From positions 310,001-374,000 of the forward strand of contig MU008164.1 in the NCBI GenBank assembly GCA_010909165.1: a DNA stretch of 64,000 bases. The letters are read 5' to 3'. Source of the stretch: Anthoceros angustus. Its lineage: Eukaryota; Plantae; Anthocerotophyta. This document shows positions 24,814 through 37,559 of the stretch, piece by piece (position 1 is the first letter of the stretch; the number at the start of each line of letters is the position of its first letter). The notes beneath the pieces are model-generated. The model worked only from the letters and a program-made list of their open reading frames with translations. It was not told where the DNA came from and ran no database searches. A program made the translations under genes and the position numbers.

Positions 24814-26490
24814 TTGGACCATGGTCATTCGATTGCATTGAACAATGGTCCTTGGTGAAAAGTATTCAACTGCTCGACCACATATGCATTAACCATCCTT
24901 GGACCATGGTCATTCGATTGCATTGAACAATGGTCCTTGGATCGAAAAGTATTCAACAGCAACACATATGCATTAACCATCCTTGGACCATGGTCATTGA
25001 TTGCATTGCGAACAATGGTCCTTGATCTCAAAAGTATTCAACATCGTCGAACACATATGCATTAACCATCCTTGGACCATGGTCATTCGATTGCATTGCG
25101 AACAATGGTCCTTGGATCTCGAAAAGTAGTCAACGCATTCCACCACATATGCAGAACCATCCTTGGACCATGGGGATTGCATTGCGAACAATGGTCCTTG
25201 GATCGAAAAGTATTCAACCTGTTGACACATATGCATTAACCATCCTTGGACCATGGTCATTCGATTGCATTGCGAACAATGGTCCTTGGATCTCGAAAAG
25301 TACTCAAGCATTCCACCACATATGCATTAACCATCCTTGGACCATGGTCATTGATTGCATTGCGAACAATGGTCCTTGGATCTCGAATAAGTAGTCAACA
25401 TTCCACCACATGTCATTCATCCTTGGAACATGGTCATTCCGATTGCATTGCGAACAATGGTCCTTGGGCTGAAAAGTATTCAACACTGTTCGCATTAACC
25501 ATCCTTGGACCATGGTCATTCGATTGCATTGCGAACAATGGTCCTTGGGCTGAAAAGTATTCAACCATCGACCATATATTAACCATCCTTGGACCATGGT
25601 CATTGGATTGCATTGCGAACAATGGTCCTTGGATCGAAAAGATTCAACATGTTACACATATGCATTAACCATCCTTGGACCATGGTCATTCGATTGCATT
25701 GAACAATGGTCCTTGGATCTCGAAAAGTAGTCAACGCATTCACCACATATGCATTAACCATCCTTGGACCATGGTCATTCGATTGCATTGCGAACAATGG
25801 TCCTTGGATCTCGAAAAGTACTCAAGCATTCCACCACATATGCATTAACCATCCTTGGACCATGGTCATTGATTGCATTGCGAACAATGGTCCTTGGATC
25901 TCGAATAAGTAGTCAACATTCCACCACATGTCATTCATCCTTGGAACATGGTCATTCCGATTGCATTGCGAACAATGGTCCTTGGGCTGAAAAGTATTCA
26001 ACACTGTTCGCATTAACCATCCTTGGACCATGGTCATTCGATTGCATTGCGAACAATGGTCCTTGGGCTGAAAAGTATTCAACACTTTCCACCACATATG
26101 CATTAACCATCCTTGGACCATGGTCATTGGATTGCATTGCGAACAATGGTCCTTGGATCGAAAAGATTCAACATGTTACACATATGCATTAACCATCCTT
26201 GGACCATGGTCATTCGATTGCATTGAACAATGGTCCTTGGATCTCGAAAAGTAGTCAACGCATTCACCACATATGCATTAACCATCCTTGGACCATGGTC
26301 ATTCGATTGCATTGCGAACAATGGTCCTTGGATCTCGAAAAAGTAGTCAACTGTTCCACCACATATGCAGTAACCATCCTTGGACCATGGTCATTCCGAT
26401 TGCATTGCGAACAATGGTCCTTGGATCTCGAATAAGTAGTCAACACTTTCCGACCACATATGCATTAACCATCCTTGGACCATGGTCATT
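24814..26490. repeat. Satellite array of ~19-20 monomers of 82-92 bp with a ~518-bp higher-order repeat
   Basis: Core CATATGCATTAACCATCCTTGGACCATGGTCATTCGATTGCATTGCGAACAATGGTCCTTGGATC. ATGCA(T/G) starts fall at 24884, 24968, 25057, 25149, 25231 and 25322. A rare variant monomer recurs at 25381 and 25899. Confidence 0.95.
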
Positions 26491-26499
26491 TTGAACTCA

Positions 26500-27110
26500 C
26501 TAACCAACAACATCCATGGCCCATGGGCATCCGCTTTAAGTTGCCAAATTCGTCCTTGGGTCACGAATTATCGTACAAATCTGCCCGGCTATATATGCGA
26601 AGTATGGGGACATGCCAACTTCGAACAAAAAGACGAGGTGTGTGCGCCCGGAAAAGACAGCATGGCTAGGGTGCGAGCCATGGCCGACACACCGACAACA
26701 CCATTCACCCATGGGCATCCGAAAGCATGCGCCAAATTCGTCCTTGGGTCACGAAGGCGTTCAAATCTGCCGGGCTATATATGTGAAGCACGGGACATGG
26801 CAGCGTGTAGGTGACGGTGTCCGACGGCAAGGACGGGCGCATCGAAAGGCCGGAGCCGTGTGGCACGCCATGGCTCGCACACTTGACATAGAAGGTAAAA
26901 CCACCGACGCGTGATGTTCGTCCGTGTGGCATGCATGTTGAACGCGGGCCATGACGTGAATGACCATACAACATCCTTGGCACATGGGCATCCGAGCATT
27001 GTTACCAATTTCGTCCTTGGGTCACGAATTATCGTACAAATCTGCCGGGCTATATATGTGAAGCATGGGGACATGGAGCTTCGTTCAAAGAGGTGACGGT
27101 GTCCAGACGC
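26500..27110. repeat. Three diverged ~190-270-bp repeats related to the satellite
   Basis: AATTTCGTCCTTGGGTCACGAA...CAAATCTGCC(C/G)GGCTATATAT occurs at ~26547, ~26735 and ~27007. Confidence 0.8.
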
Positions 27111-27227
27111 CAAAGACGGCATGGGGCATGCCATGCGGACACATGGGTATTCGGAGAACCGATGGAGGTGCGTCGGAAACATGGCATGTTGTGGCAAGGA
27201 GCCGTGGCATGTCCTTTCGTTACGCCT

Positions 27228-30200
27228 CCCTCCCTCCGTCACCACAAGGTTACCACCTTCGGAAAACCCATATCGTATCAGCAGCTTGCACTCGTCGCGT
27301 TAGGTCTGCCTAGGCGCAGCTTGGCGTGGTTCCGGCTATGGTTTGGGACGTGGACTTCAAGATTTGGCCGAGGCTGTCGTTTACAACCCGCTACCATAAC
27401 CCGTGACTTGGATGGCGATGCGAAAGTGGTTGACGGGAAACAGAGGACGGAGGGCCCGCTACTGTTTTGCCTGGCCGGAGAGGCAAAGGTTTGGAAAATG
27501 GAGAGGACGCCGGAAAGCTGCATGGTCAAGTGGAATTGCACAACGGCCTGGACGGGTGCCAAAGCCGAGGAACCGAGGCAAGCGATGTGGCGATCCTCCG
27601 CAGAATGGGCGGGAGTGGATGCCGGGAGGGTCCTTCCGTGGAGCCGAATGGAGGCATGGAGGCGGGAGGAGGTGCACGCCTGTGGAAGGTGTTGCTGGCG
27701 AGGAGGAGGCGGCGGCAACACATCCTCCTTATCTGGACGCGGCTGCTCCAAGTGCGCTAACGGTGGAGCTTGTGGGGTGCAGGGGACGACCTCCACCCGA
27801 TGCGAGAGACGCTGACTTGTGAAAGGAGGCCTCCACGCCTGTGAAGAGGCAGTAAATTGCCCGGAGGTGCTGCTTGATTGCCCAGGAGGAAGAGGAGGAG
27901 GCCACGAAACACCGCACATGGGTCGAGAGGCACTGACGAGGACACCACCGGCACGAGGATGGTGAAAGCGAGGAGGAGGGAGTGGAAAATGGTCGGTGAA
28001 GAGGTGGACGAGGACCCACCGACAACATTGAGGGGAGAGATAGGGAGCGAGAAAAGTTGGCGGTAAGCCACTTGGCGACATCATTGCCGTGTTGTGCACG
28101 ATGGTCGTGGGGGTTTACATGTGAGCCGCCTGTGTGATGGAGGGTGGGTGGAGAATGAAGATGAGGAGGAAGAGCCCACCGACGAGGAGGAGGGATCGTC
28201 GAAGGCCTTCCAGTGGTTGGAGCTAGTGTGCGAAGATGCAGTTGATGGTACCATGGTCCGACGAGACTTTGAGGGACAGATTGGTGAAGGTTTGGAAAAT
28301 GGAGAGGGGGCCGGCGGCCGTTTCGCATGGTCAAGTGGAATTGCACAACGGCCTCGGGACGGGTGCCAAAGCGAGGCAAGGCAAGCGATGTGGGCGTGTC
28401 GCCGCCTCTGCGGGCAGGCGGGAGTGGATGCGGGAGGGTCCTTCCGTGGAGCCGAATGGAGGCATGGAGGGGCTTGGCGGGGAGGAGGTGCGCAACAGCG
28501 TGGAAGGTGTTGCCGATGAGGAGGAGGCGGCGGCAACATCCTCCTCATTCAGCGTCTTTGTCTCCAAGAGGTGGGCAGCTAACGGTGGAGCTTGTGGGTG
28601 CGAGGGCGACCACGGCCAGAGGCGGACTTTGAAAGGGCCCTCCACCTTGAAGAGTGAAATTGCCAGAGTGACCGGGCAGCGGAGGCGAGGCAGGCGGGAG
28701 GAGGAGGCTCTTCTAGAAGAGCTTACCACATTGGTCGGAAGAGGCCCAGGAGGAAGAGGAGGAGGCCACCACCGCATGGGTGAGTGGCGGGAGGAGGCGG
28801 GAGTGGAAAATGGTGGTGAAGAGGTGGGCGAGGACCTACCGACAACATTGGCCGGGAGGAGGAGGCGGACGAGAAAAGTTGGCGGTAAGCCACTTGGCGA
28901 CATCATTGCCGTGTTGTGCAGTGCATGGTCGTGGGGGTTTACATGGCATGAGCCACTTGTGTGATGGAGGGTGGGTGGAGAAGCGAAGATGAGGAGGAAG
29001 AGCCCATGGAGGAGGGAGGCGGAAGGCCTTCCAGCGGGCGTGTTGGAGCTAGTGTCTTGTGGTCGATTGATGGTACCATGGTCCAGCCACGAGACTTTGA
29101 GAGGACAGTGAGGAAGGTAGAGTACGAGTTCCCTAGTGTAGATCGCGAGGATATCGTGTCCGGGTTTGCGGGGCATGGACAAGAAACCACAACGCGTTGG
29201 CAAGAAGGTGCGACAGCATGTTATTTGGAGGAGAAGGAAAGATGCGAAATGGCTGCACCTCCGAACGCAAGGCGTGGAGGCTGGGAGGAGCGGCAAGGTA
29301 ACGCTGCACAAGCACGGTGGTGTGTGGCCAACCCCACAACAAGGCGCAATTTCCGACTTGCAAAGCACGAGCATGGGACCAATCCATTTGGTCCCATGGG
29401 AGCAAAAGAGTTCGAGAGAAGGTATGTTCAGCGGTGGGGAAGGAGCGCAACAGTACAAGAGTTGAAATGGGCTGCGAAACATGGATTGAGAGCATGCGGG
29501 ACTCTTTGGAGTGGTATGGCGATAGATCGGGGCCTTGGTTGAATAGCTAGGCTGTGGTCAAATAAAGTGCGCATGTAGGACATGAAGAATGCGAAGTCAA
29601 GTCAAGTCAAGTCAAGTCCAAGTCAAGTCAAGTCAAGTCAAGTCGGGTGGTCAGCTCAAGTCGAGTCAAGTCAGTCAAGTCAAGTCAAGTCAAGTCAAGT
29701 CAAGTCAAGAGTCAAGTCCAAGTCAAGTCAGTCAAGTCAAGTCAAGTCAGTCAAGTCAAGTCAAGTCAAGTCAAGTCAAGTCAAGTCATTATACTCCCCG
29801 AGGACAAAACTTGGCGGTAATGGCTTGAATGCCACGTCAAACTAGGAATGGGCAGTTTAGGAAACAAAAAATGTAGGCGCGAGGAAGAGGAAACTTGGCG
29901 GCACCGGTTCAAACCAGGCCTCGCTCATGAGGCCCAGGCCGTACTCCCTCCGTCACCACAAGGTTACCACCTTCGGAAAACCCATATCGTCGCCAGCTTG
30001 CACTCGCTTGTTGGGTTAGGCATCTTCGCGGTTGGCGTGGTTCTATGGTTTGGGACGTGGACTTGAAGATTTGGGAGGCGTTCGTTTAAGCCTACAACCC
30101 GCTACCATAACCCGTGACTTGGATGGCGATGCGAAAGTGGTTGTGTGAAAAGCAGAGGAGGAGGGCCTTCATTTGCGCCATGGAGGCGGTGAAGGTTTGG

Positions 30201-31469
30201 AAAATGGAGAGGCGGCGGCCGTTTCGCATGGTCAAGTGGACACGGCCTCGGGACGGGTGCGCGAGGCAAGGCAAGCGATGTGGGCGTGTCATCGCCTCTG
30301 CGACGGCGGGAGTGGATGCGGGAGGGTCCTTCCGTGGAGCCGAATGGAGGCATGGAGGGGCTTGGGGAGGAGGTGCACACCGTGGAAGGTGTTGCCGATG
30401 AGGAGGAGGCGGCAACAAATCCTCCTCATTCCACGTCTTGTCTCCAAGAGGTGGGCGCTAACGGTGGAGCTTGTGGGTGGGGCGACACTGCAGTGAGCGG
30501 ACTTTGAAAGGGCCCTCCACGCCGTTGAAAATGCAGAAATTGCCGAGGTGCGAGCAGGCAGACGGCGGGGAGGAGGAAGAGGAGGAGGCTTCAAAGACAG
30601 ACATGGAGTCGAGGAGAGGCCTGAGGGGGCGAGGACACCACCGGCACGAGGATGGTGAAAGCGAGGAGGCGGCGGGAGTGGAAAATGGTGGTGAAGAGGT
30701 GGGCGAGGACCTACCGACAACATTGGCCGAGGAGGGAGGCGAGAAAAGTTGGCGGTAAGCCACTTGGCGACATCATTGCCGTGTTGTGCACTGCATGGTC
30801 GTGGGGGTTTACATGGGCGTGAGCCACTGTGATGGAGGGTGGGTGGAGAATGAAGATGAGGAGGAAGAGCCCACCGACGAGGAGGGAGGTCCGGAAGGCC
30901 TTCCGGTAGCGTGTTGGAGCTAGTGTGCGAAGATGCAGTTGATGGTACCATGGTCCAGCCACGAGACTTTGAGGGATGATTGGTGAGGAAGGTAGAGTAC
31001 GAGTTCCCTAGTGTAGATCGCGAGGATATCGTGTCCGGGTTTGCGCCCGGACAAGAAACCACAACGTTGGCAAGAAGGTGCGGCTGCTATTTGGAGGAGA
31101 AGGGAAAAGATGCGAAATGGCTGCACCCTCGACGTCGGCCACCAAGGCGTGGAGGCAGGGCATGGAGCAGTGGTAGCGTTGCACAAGCACGGTGGTGTGT
31201 GGCCAACCCCACAACAAGCGCAACCCATTTCGACTTGCAAAGCACGAGCATGGGACCAATCCATTTGGTCCCATGGGAGCAAGAGTTCGAGAGAAGGTAT
31301 GTTCAGCGGTGGGGAAGGCCTTGTGAGTACAAGAGTTGAAATGGGCTGCGAAACATGGATTGAGAGCATGCGGGACTCTTGGAGTGGTATGGCGATAGAT
31401 CGGGGCCTTGGTTGAATAGCTAGGCTGTGGTCAAATAAAGCGCGATGTAGGACATGAAGGAGCGGAATT
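27228..31469. repeat. G/A-rich unit present as two large copies (27228-29593 with an internal duplication, and 29942-31469)
   Basis: CCGTCACCACAAGGTTACCACCTTCGG occurs at ~27237 and ~29949. AAAAGTTGGCGGTAAGCCACTTGGCGACATCATTGCC occurs at ~28052, ~28874 and ~30745. Confidence 0.9.
29594..29788. repeat. (CAAGT)n pentanucleotide microsatellite
   Basis: Directly visible ~190-bp tract. Confidence 0.97.
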
Positions 31470-31636
31470 TCAAGTCAAGTCAAGCCGTCAAGTCAAGTCA
31501 AGTCGTCGTCAAGTCGGGTTCGCCGCTCGAGTCGTCAAGTCGGTCGTCAAGTCGTTCGCCGTCGTCAAGTCAAGTCGGTCAAGTCAAGTCAAGTCAAGTC
31601 AAGTCAAGTCAAGTCAAGTCAAGTCAAGTCAAGTCA
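31470..31636. repeat. (CAAGT)n microsatellite, second copy with a degenerate 5' half
   Basis: Directly visible. Confidence 0.95.
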
Positions 31637-32711
31637 TTATACTCCCCGAGGACAAAACTAATGCTTGAATGCCACGTCACCCGATGACTAGGAATGGGCG
31701 GTTTAGGAAACAAAAATGTAGGCGCGAGGAAGAGGAAACTTGGCGGCACCGGTTCAAACCAGCCTCCGGTTGGGCGAGGCCGGGCATCTCCTCCCAAAAG
31801 GCGGGATCTAAAGCAGCGTCATGGTGAGCAATTGCAAGGTGCTCACAAACAGAGGAACTAACTAGTGACTAGATAGACAGCCAATCAATCATATTCTTTC
31901 ACCGCATCAAATCTTGGTTTTGGTACATGCAATTCAAACTAGTTGCATCATCAACTCCTTGAAGTCGGAATCAATGACCCATCCTTTTCGCTTTTGCCGT
32001 GAAGGCTAGGTTAGGCTCCCTAAGAGGATGGATGAGATCTACATGCGATCTTGGCGACGTAAGCCACAGCATCAAGCGACAAAACAAACGGCAAGATTTA
32101 TGTCGAAAACCGTATGACATGAGCATTCGAGCCGGACATGGTTAGGGTGATGCTGGGTTGAAGCAACGTTAACTCACCGGCCCAATTTGTCAGCGTTATC
32201 ATCTCGGCGATCTCCGTAGTTGGCTTCGATCTTGTCGGTGGGTCTGTCATTCATGAAGGCACCTCCATGAAGAGCCTCAATGCACCGGTTCAAACCAGGC
32301 CTCCGGTCTGAGGCTCCGGAGCGTACTCCCAAAAAGGCGGGATCTAAACGCGGCGTTACCTCATGGTGAGCAATTGCAAGGTGCTCACAAACAGAACTGG
32401 AAATCTCTGTGACTAGATAGACAGCCAATCAATCATATTCTTTCACGCATCAAATCTGGTTTTGGTACATGCAATTCAAACTAGTTGCATCATCAACCCT
32501 TGGAAGTCGGAATCAATGACCCATCCTTTTCGCTTTTGCCGTGAAGGCTAGGTTAGGCTCCCTAAGAGGATGGATGAGATCTACATGAGATCTACATGCG
32601 ATCTTGGCGTGTCACCGCCGCAGCGGACAAAACAAACGGCAAGATTTATGTCGAAAACCGTATGAGCATTCGAGTCGGTGGTTAGGGTGATGCTGGGTTG
32701 AAACAGCGTTA

Positions 32712-33783
32712 ACTCACCGCCCAATTTGTCAGCGTTATCATCGGGCGATCTCCGTGTAGTTGGTTTCGATCTTGTCGGTGGGTCTGTCTGGCCCATGAAG
32801 GCACCTCCATGAAGAGCCTCAATGCCCCGCATAGCTTCCAATAATATTAACCACCAACACCTAAATGCACCTCAATGGTACAATCTTCAAGCCACCCACA
32901 AGCTTCCTTGCAAGACCTTTATTGAAAGCAAGTTGTAACAAAGAGAGCACCGCCTAGGCAGAGACAAGAGAGAGCCGAACCTTGATGAATAAGGATTCGT
33001 CCGGTGAATCTGGTACATCCGGGAGGGAGGATGATGAAGTCACCCTTGGTTATCTTGAGCGGATCCACCGTCATCGTAATCCCGACGCCAAAGTAGCTGC
33101 AGATGCATCCAACGCACCACCGAACCCACCAAATCAATCCGGTGAAGTATGCCTAGCTCCTTAAGCGCAAAGATACCCAGCACGCCTAGGGACTTTGGAG
33201 ATGTTGGCGCCGGTGCCTTCGAGCACGAATCGATCTCTCGCAGCGTGATGCTCCACAAAGAAATGCCGCCTTGTCCTCAAATTTGTCAATGTGGCGGAGC
33301 GACCGTGGCAACGCCCCGCAACAACACGACGCCACAACCATCGACCTAGCCTAGAACAAGGCACGCGGAAGGGAGATGCGATGCTGCAAATGTAAAATCA
33401 AACCCGCCGCCTCGGCGTATGTATATCGCGCTGCTTGTACCCACGCCTCTCTTGATCTTCTCCAAAGGTTGTCCAATATTTGTCGGCCCGCCATATGACA
33501 ACTCGAGCGACATGGAAATCGATGCGCATATTAAAATCACGCTGGGGAGGAATGCCTTGCATTCAGGAGGATGCAAATAGCTAGGCCGCCTCGGCCCCGA
33601 GATCCCCAACCGAGGCACCCACTCAAAGGCGCATGCAGATGCAGGGGGTCATCACCTTGGATGCTCCGGACACGGGCCGATTAGGGAAGAAGCGGTGCCG
33701 CGTGGTTTGATTGTGCCCTCCGGATTGTAGAACCACGCCGTGTCGACTGCCAAGCATCCCGTGGACATCAATATCCGCACCAT
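32712..33783 (-). pseudogene. ARD: Acireductone dioxygenase-like gene, copy A (extra 3' exon at ~32172-32285)
   Basis: Spliced fragments AWFYN...NRPVS, LEKIK.ERGY, KFED...FFVEH...EIRFVLEG.G, YF.....DD.WIR.KITKGDFIILPPG.Y.RFT and ALRLFMEVP match ADI1/ARD cupin motifs. Confidence 0.8.
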
Positions 33784-34779
33784 CTTCGCTGGCAAAGTGG
33801 CCTTAGACTAGGCGATCAAGCAAAGGCAAGCCAAAGGCAAAAGCAAAGGCATCCGCAACATAAGCAAAACTTGAGGAGACGGTGGTAGATGCGGACGGCG
33901 CCGCGTCGGGCGTGGCGGACCCGCTAGTCTCGAATGTGATGCAAGAGAGGAGGACCTAGCTCTCGATCATGCAAGCATGCAACCCACCATAGGAATCGCC
34001 TCCGGATCCATAGCCCTAGTCTCGATCGCTGCGTTGCCTTGAAGCCATCTCCTGCTTGGGTGAAGGCGGGAAGAAGAAGGAGCAACTGGGAACTTGGAGA
34101 TGGGGATTTACATTAGAAAACAATAAGTCCCAAGTTCAATACATTCAAAAAGTGTGCTATGCATACATATATAGCCCTTGGCCTTGACTACTCTCAATAG
34201 GTATGAATCCTATCTCGGATCCTGGTATTGTCCTAAACACTTTTATGACTTATTCTCCGAACTCTAATATGGGATGTGTTGCACCAATCCTATAGATTTC
34301 TAACAATTTTGCAAGACACAGATGCAGAGAAGATGCAACAATGGCTTATGCCACACCAAGCTAGCTTATGCCAATTAAATGCGGCCTGTGGCGCAGACCG
34401 AGACCACGCCGTTCATGAAAAAGCGCGACGTTCTATCAATAGCATGACATGGATAGTTTCAAGATTTAATTGATATGGTTCATTGCAACCAGCCATTATG
34501 CCTCTAGAAACTCAAGGGAAAGCTAGGTGGCAATTCCAGTCTTCACCGCAGCCTTGAAGCAATCGGTCCCTCGGAGGCTCTCAAGCGTATGATCAAAGGC
34601 TTAGGAGAATGTCCCGAACCGTGAGGAGGAGTCTTCATCACGCCCCTCACCAGCTTGTCAAACTCCATTGACATATCCAACGGTCACGTTCAATGCGGTC
34701 ATGAAAACGCTAACCAAGCTTTGAGGTAAACTTGCAAGAATGTGACGATGAGGTCATTGTGTCGTAGTAACATATATGG

Positions 34780-35463
34780 ATCATGCATCCAACCACGAAC
34801 CCACCAAATCAATCCGGTCACATTTAGCTCCTTAAGCGCAAAGATACCCAGCACGCCTAGGGACTTTGGAGATGTTACGCACCGGTGCCTTCGAGCACGA
34901 ATCGATCCTCGCAGCGCGTGCAGATGCTCCGAAATGCCGCCTTGTCCTCAAATTTGTCAATGTGGCGGAGCGACCGTGGCACGTCTGCAACAACACGACG
35001 CCACAACCATCGACCTAGCCTAGAACAAGGCACGCTGGAAGGGAGATGCGATCTGCAAATGTACGAATCAAACCCGCCGCCTCGGCGTATGTATCGTCGC
35101 GGTGCTTGTACCCACGCTCTCTCTTGATCTTCTCCAAAGGTTGTCCAAATACGTGTCGCCCGGCCCATATGACAACTCGAGGCACATGGAAATCGATGCC
35201 GCATATTAAAATCACGTCGAGGAATGCCTTGCATTCAGGAGGATGCAAATAGCTAGGCCGCCTCGGCCCCGAGATCCCCAACCGAGGCACCCACTCAAAG
35301 GCGCATGCGATGCACAGGCAAAACCTCACCTTGCGGATGCTCCGGACACGGGCCGATTAGGGAAGAAGCGGTGCCGCGTGGTTTGATTGCTGCCCTCGGA
35401 TTGTAGAACCACGCCGTGTCGGCCTACTTGCAAGCATCCCGTGGACATCAATATCCGCACCAT
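34780..35463 (-). pseudogene. ARD: ARD-like gene, copy B (5' half only)
   Basis: ATG at 35463, then LEKIKRERGYKHRD and EHLHA motif; 3' exons are absent. Confidence 0.75.
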
Positions 35464-37559
35464 CTTCGACAACCCAAAGTGACGCCGACTAGCGATCAAG
35501 CAAGGCAAGCCAAAGGCAAAAGCAAAGGCATCCGCAACATAAGCAAAACTTGTGGAGACTGGCGTGAGCGGACTGGGCGCCGCGTCCGGTCGTGGAGCTG
35601 TGGACCCACTAGTCTCGAATGTGATGCAAGAGAGGAGGACCTAGCTCTGATCATGCAAGCATGCAACCCACCATAGGAATCTGCCTCCCGATCCATAGCC
35701 CGCTCTCGATCATTGCCAGCGGAAGGAAGCCATCTCACCGCTTGGGTGAAGAGCGGAAGAAGGAGCAACTGGGAACTTGGAGATGGGGATTTACAGAAAA
35801 CAATAAGTCCCAAGTTCAATACATTCAAAAAGTGTGCTATGCATACATATATAGCCCTTAGCCTTGACTACTCTCAATAGGTATGAATCCTATCTCGGAT
35901 CCTGGTATTGTCCTAAACACTTTTATGACTTATTCTCCGAACTCTAATATGGGATGTGTTGCACCAATCCTATAGATTTCTAACAATTTTGGATGCTGAG
36001 AGAAGATGCAACAATGGCTTATGCCACACCAAGCTAGCTTATGCCAATTAAATGCGTGCTCTGCCCGAGGGCGGCAAAGACCACGCCGTTTCATGAAAAA
36101 GCTGCGTTTCTATCAATAGCATGACATGGATAGTTTCAAGATTTAATTGATATGGTTCATTGCAACCAGCCATTATGCCTCTAGAAACTCAAGGGAAAGC
36201 TAGGTGGCAATTCCAGTCTTCACCGCGGCTTGAAGCAATCGGTCCTCGGAGGCTCTCAAGCGTATGATCAAAGGCTTAGGAGAATGTCTGGCGGCGAGGA
36301 GGAGAGTCTTCATCACGTCCTCGGCCCAACTCCATTGACATATCCAGTCACGTTCAATGCACGTCATGAAAACGCGCAAGCTTTGAGGTAAACTTGCAAG
36401 AATGTGACGATGAGGTCATTGTGTCGGGTAGTAACATATATGGATCATGCATCGGCACAAGCACTTCGCTACTTGGAGGTGGTAGTGTAGAGATAAGATG
36501 GAAGGCACTCTATCTGCAGTGACAGCAAGCTCCTATTCAACCCAAAATCTAGAATTGAGGCAGTTTTAAAGGATGCTCAAGGCTACCCTACGACTCTATG
36601 TGTCACATGATTACGAAATGACCAGTATTTTCCAAACCTCTAGATGCCCCAAGGTTTCACATGATCGTAAAGTTGACGGGTATTTTGAAGTACTTTTTGT
36701 TGTGAAGATGACTAGATAACACTCTTCCAACCTTTAAACCTTTAAATATATCAAGAATTGTAAATTATTTTAATCAAGTCAATCAAATATTTGCATTCCA
36801 TCTAATTTAAAGCAATGTGAAGGACTTTAACAACAACAACCTTTGCGGAGGCTAGATATACGAGGGTGGGTTCTTTTCATTTGTATCCTTCTTCCCTCCT
36901 TTTCTTTATGTGTTAGAAATATTACGCAATCTTGGCCGTATGTTTGAAGGATTCCATCAACGGGCGGGAGCTCGTGGCGTTCACTTAACCGGGGCGCTCT
37001 CTTTGGTTGTCACCAAGTCATTATGCTCCCGAGGACAAAACTTGGCGTAGCCAATGGCTTGAATGCCACGCCACCGTGACTAGGGAATGGGCGGTTTATG
37101 AAACAAAAAAAGGCGCGAGGAAGAGGAAACTTGGCGGCACCGGTTCAAACCAGGCCTCCGGTTGAGGCGGAGGCGAGCCGCACCTCCCAAAAAGGCGGGA
37201 TCTAAAACGGCCAGCCTGCGGTGAGCAATTGCAAGGTGCTCACAAAGCAGGCGAAAGCTTAACGGTGACTAGATAGACAGCCAATCAATCATATTCTTTC
37301 ACGGCATCAAATCTGGTTTGGTACATGCAATTCAAACTAGTTGCATCATCAACTCCTTGAAGTCGGAACTATGACCCATCCTTTTCGCTTTGCCCGTGAA
37401 GGCTAGGTTAGGCTCCCTAAGAGGATGGATGAGATCTACATGCGATCTTGGCGGCGTAAGCCGCCTGTACATCAAGCGAGACAAAACAAGCGGCAAGATT
37501 TATGTCGAAACCGTACATGAGCATTATGGACATGGTTAGGGTGATGCCGGTGGGTTGAA

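Noticed and set aside
24814-26490. CRISPR array
   Set aside because: The linkers are homologous to each other and short, the core is too long, there are no cas genes, and the context is eukaryotic. It is a satellite.
24825-26494. Repeat-protein ORFs in the satellite (e.g. MFAMQSNDHGPRMVNAYV)
   Set aside because: Monomer length varies from 82 to 92 bp and is not a constant multiple of 3, so the frame is not preserved.
29582-29845. SSQVK-repeat ORFs
   Set aside because: These are translations of the (CAAGT)n microsatellite.
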